This document shows positions 60,150-64,000 of a stretch of DNA of 64,000 bases, piece after piece. The stretch spans positions 3,190,844 to 3,254,843 of the forward strand of contig BFEA01000039.1 of the NCBI GenBank assembly GCA_003427395.1, given 5' to 3'. Numbering within the stretch: position 1 is the stretch's first letter; each line of letters opens with the position of its first letter. The translations under genes and the position numbers were made by a program. The stretch comes from Chara braunii (lineage: Eukaryota; Plantae; Charophyceae). Under the pieces are notes generated by a model. That model was not told the origin of the DNA, made no database searches, and was given only the letters and a program-made list of their open reading frames with translations.

Positions 60150-60830
60150 AGCCAGCTGGGCTACCGACCAGGCCGCCTGGGTCACCTTGTTTTCCCTGAT
60201 GGCCCGGCTGCGCAAGGACTACCCCGAAGTACAGACTTTCGGACAAGCGCCAGACTGCTCGGCTATGGCTCATCCTGCATTTGGCGGTCCCCACCTTGGC
60301 GACAAGAAGTTGCCACAAGGACAGAGTATGCCCGATTTCTCAGGCTTGTGACGAGATGCGGGACCACTTGTTTCTGCACTGCCCCATGGTGGATGCCTTC
60401 TAGACCAAGAGGCGGCAGTTGGCAGATCAATATAACGATCCGGGGATGCGCCAGCAGGTTGCATGGACACTACTGGGTTCACTAGTAGGACTTACGGTGT
60501 GGGGCCTGTGCGAAGGCCAGATCTGGGCCATGGAAACTGTTAGAACGGCCGCGTTATGGCCAATTTGGTGTTGTTGCCATAATGAGGCGGTGCGGGAAGG
60601 AAGGGGATCCACTCCAGTGAAGCTGATGGCGTACAGTCTCAGGGTAGCATTGCAGGCGGAATTTCAGAAGACACGAAGGAAGCACTGCTTCATCACGTTA
60701 GCGGATCAGATGGTCTTCATCCAAATATGGGGAGTCTGGGGGCCTTATGCAGGACTGATGCTGGTGGACGGTGGATGGATGGTGTTCGACCCGCTCCTTG
60801 AACCTGATCAACTGGCCAGTTAAAATGGGC
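60150..60830 (+). mobile_element. Decayed LINE ORF2 C-terminal (zinc-finger) fragment
   Basis: CP....DE..DHLFLHCP followed by AALWPIW...N, typical of L1-clade ORF2 tails; contains stops. Confidence 0.6.
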
Positions 60831-61742
60831 CGCGGACGCTGGGCGGGGGGGGAGGACAAGTGGGGTCAGGAGTACATTAGGAGGGGATTCTAGGAATGGC
60901 TCTGGGATTAGTCTTCTAGTCTAAATAACACACTAACACGATCTGATTGCGGTAAGACTTGCGACTTCGACTCACCTCACACTTCAGAGGGGTAGGGGAA
61001 TACAACAACTGGAGAAGCTGTGATTCTGGGGGGACGGGTGATGATATAGGCCATGCGACATTACTAAATACCAACCCGTGCCTACCGTTAAATATACAGA
61101 ATGCAAAAGAGGTCTACAGGCAGTGACACGTCGTATAGTTAAAAGTTAACCGTGAACACCTGAAAACATGAACATTGTGATTGCTGAACGAGGCCACGTA
61201 CTGTAAAACGATGTCTAAGTAGGTGGGATGGAGTGCGGGGGGGCGGGGGAGGCAGGTTGCTCAATGACAGAAGGGTTCAAGAGGGAATTGGGAGCCTGCA
61301 TACTGGAGGACGGGCGCCTAGGCAGGAGGCCGCTGTAGCGGAAGCGCAGACTGGGTATCAGTGGGAGTCTGCGGCCGCTCGCCACTGGGGTGGGGTCACA
61401 CCGCCAGGAACTACACCCGGCTTTGGAGTACACTTGTCCTCGTATTTGTACTATGCTTACCGGTGATAAGCAACCAGACTGTTGCCCCCAAGAATAGAAG
61501 GGGCTGTGTGTGTGTGTTTGGTGTAAAAAATAAAAATAAAAAATAAAGATGAGAATTGCACATACACCCAGGAAATGCCCTGTCGCAGGTATACTCAACT
61601 ACCTGTCTGTGCGAATTATGCATACAAGGCAAATCTTTGAACGTACCCGGGACTAGAGCCAACCGGCCAAACTATAGGTATACGGTATACCCAAGCACTG
61701 GATAGCAGGAATTACTCTCATACCCACCAGCTGTTTGGCTGC

Positions 61743-61746
<4 letters not shown>

Positions 61747-61786
<40 letters not shown>

Positions 61787-61870
61787 CACACACACACCTG
61801 ATGGTCGGTGAAAGTCCGCCGAAACAGTCTGGTACAGTCGTGCTTTTTTTAAGTGTATAGCGAATATGAC

Positions 61871-61912
<42 letters not shown>

Positions 61913-61924
61913 CACACACACACA
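61747..61924. repeat. (CT)n and (AC)n microsatellites
   Basis: Direct reading. Confidence 0.9.
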
Positions 61925-63934
61925 GACCTTTGCGGAAAAAGGCCGCTGGTTTTGAGAGTAATTTGTGACAAATGGTCGTTGGGTATACTATCACAAATGG
62001 TCGTTGGGTATACTATCGAGTTTGCTGGTCCTGAATTGCGTGCCTGGGACCAGGTGCAACCATAAGACGGCACAGGGGAAAGGCGAACAGAGTCCCGGGT
62101 ACAGATACAAGACGGGCGTTTTCAACAGGCACACAGGCAATTCCCATCTAAAGTGCGTACAACTGCAATCCCCCTCCCTTTTCCCAAAAAAAGAGAACTG
62201 GTCCCAGGCCAGGAAAGTGCAGCCTGCTTTTATACAGCCACGTTCTGCGGACAAGGTCTGCCGAACTGATGTTTTTACTAGGGGATGTGGAAGGGTCAAG
62301 GATAGAAATAGCCCGGACAAAAATAGCCCGTTCAGAACAACCAGGCCCAGGGGGCAAGGACATAAACAGGGGCAACAGGGGAAGCTAGGAAGGAAAAGAG
62401 CTATCAGGCGGCCACACTGTGCCTGAAGACGCTGTCCCAGCAATAACAACAAGCGCTCAGGCTTTGCCTTCCACATACAGCACAAACATATGCGTGATTT
62501 TCACCCTGTAGGGGGTGCTGGACCGGATTTCTTGCAGGTGGTGCTCCCCACCAGGGGGGCTAGCAGGTGCTGCTCTTCCCACCGCCGCTAGCCTACCTGG
62601 AGGCGATGTTTCCTCAAAAGAAAAAGAAGAAAAGAAGGGGCCATCTGCACATTCAGGAGCAGTCTAGGTGGTTTGCGTACTTTCCACCCGAAGAACTTCA
62701 AAAGCAAGCCTTGTCCACTGCAAACCACGTAGAAAACTGTGCTTTCCCCCTTTTTCAGTGAACACACAGCAATTACCACCCCCCCCACCCCTACCCGCAC
62801 CAGCCTTTTCCCCTCGTCCACAAGTCTTGGGAGTCCGCACATCCACAAGGGTTAGTGTCCCTGGATGTCACTGTTAACCCCAGGCCATCTATTTCAAGAA
62901 GGTCTTTGGATAATTTCAGGGAAGAAACAAGTGACAGGGTCTTTCTTAAAGGAAAAGGACAAATGGCTATGCGTGTGCTGTCCAGCCAAGGCAATAGGGA
63001 ATAAGGCAACTTGAGTTGGAGAGCCGTGTGATGGGCGACCATCTCGCACGGTTCAGAGAGCACTTGTTACGACTGTCCAGGCTCGATTCGTGCCTAGCGG
63101 TGGAACTCTAGACTCTATTCCTGTACCCGTAAAAAATGGAGGGCAAATGGCTATGCATGTGCTGTGCAGCCAGAGGCAATAGGGAAGCAGCCAGCCGTTT
63201 TATAAGTGCAAGCTCACTGATGCTTCATTAGTACGAACTCAAGGCCAGGCAAAATGGACAACAAATGGCTATGTGCAGCCAGAGCCAATAGGGAAGCAGC
63301 CAACCATAAGTGCAAGCCCGCTGATGCGTCATTAGTACGAACTCAAGGCCAGGCTATTGGTGCTATGCTTGTGCTTGGAAACCACCATGAAAGTGGTAGT
63401 GGCAGTAGCCAGGGTCATACGTTATGTGCATGAACTTCACCCTACCTTCTTCCCCGGAATACAACACACGGTCATTATAGCTCTATTCGAGGCATCTTTC
63501 AGTCTAGACACAGCTGTGATGACCGTCCGTTGTATTCGGGGGAAGAAGGTAGTGCCCCGGCCCTTTTAGTCTACATATGCAAGAAATCTGCTGGTCACAG
63601 CTGGGTAAGAAATTACTAAGAGTCAACTTCTGAGTCCTGATACCAGGTGACTGACTCTGGGCCCTAGGTCGTATGACTCTACTATGTGAACGACTTACTT
63701 AGTGGAAATGGCACGAACGTGTGATATGCTAGACTGAGGAGATCAACAGATCACCCAAGACCAACACCCCCAAGCAACCCATGTGAAATCCAGAACCAAC
63801 ATACAACACCATGAACAACCCTTGGGTGGTGCGCAGGCAGTGTCTGTAATTGTACCGTGCGTCAGCCCAAGGGAGTGTATGTCCAGCCGTGCGTCAATCT
63901 AATGCCCTGCCAGTGCCCATGCGCAAGGTTGCAA

Positions 63935-63992
63935 TTGAGTTTTGAACCCGCACAATGCGCATTTCCAACCGGTGCTCTAACCACTGAGCCAC
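63935..63992 (-). mobile_element. tRNA-like SINE head
   Basis: Minus strand TGGCTCAGTGGTTAGAGC ... GGTTCAAAACTC; no convincing cloverleaf. Confidence 0.5.
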
Positions 63993-64000
63993 ATGATCTA

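Overview
Eukaryotic nuclear DNA. Mitochondrial sdh3/sdh4/rps4/nad7 inserts suggest a non-flowering streptophyte such as a charophyte alga (inference). About 56 kb is one + strand gene with 32 GT-AG exons (1075..57033). By hand these splice into an uninterrupted 14,187-nt frame (4,728 aa plus stop). The 5' end probably lies upstream of the window. The product is a giant tandem calpain: a ~1,100-aa acidic N-terminal region, then five CysPc + C2-like (domain III) modules joined by Glu/Pro/Val/Ala-rich linkers, then a sixth, intronless C2-like domain. Each module repeats the same six-exon, same-phase layout. Only module 1 keeps the Cys/His/Asn triad. Modules 2-5 are conserved pseudo-proteases (S/H/D, G/Q/Y, G/C/N, L/H/D). 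The introns and 3' flank contain a TSD-bounded LINE with a nested hAT-type element, tRNA-headed SINEs, TIR elements, a polyadenylated U2 snRNA fragment, two NUMTs, local duplications that copy splice sites, and microsatellites. All calls were made by eye, with no database searches.
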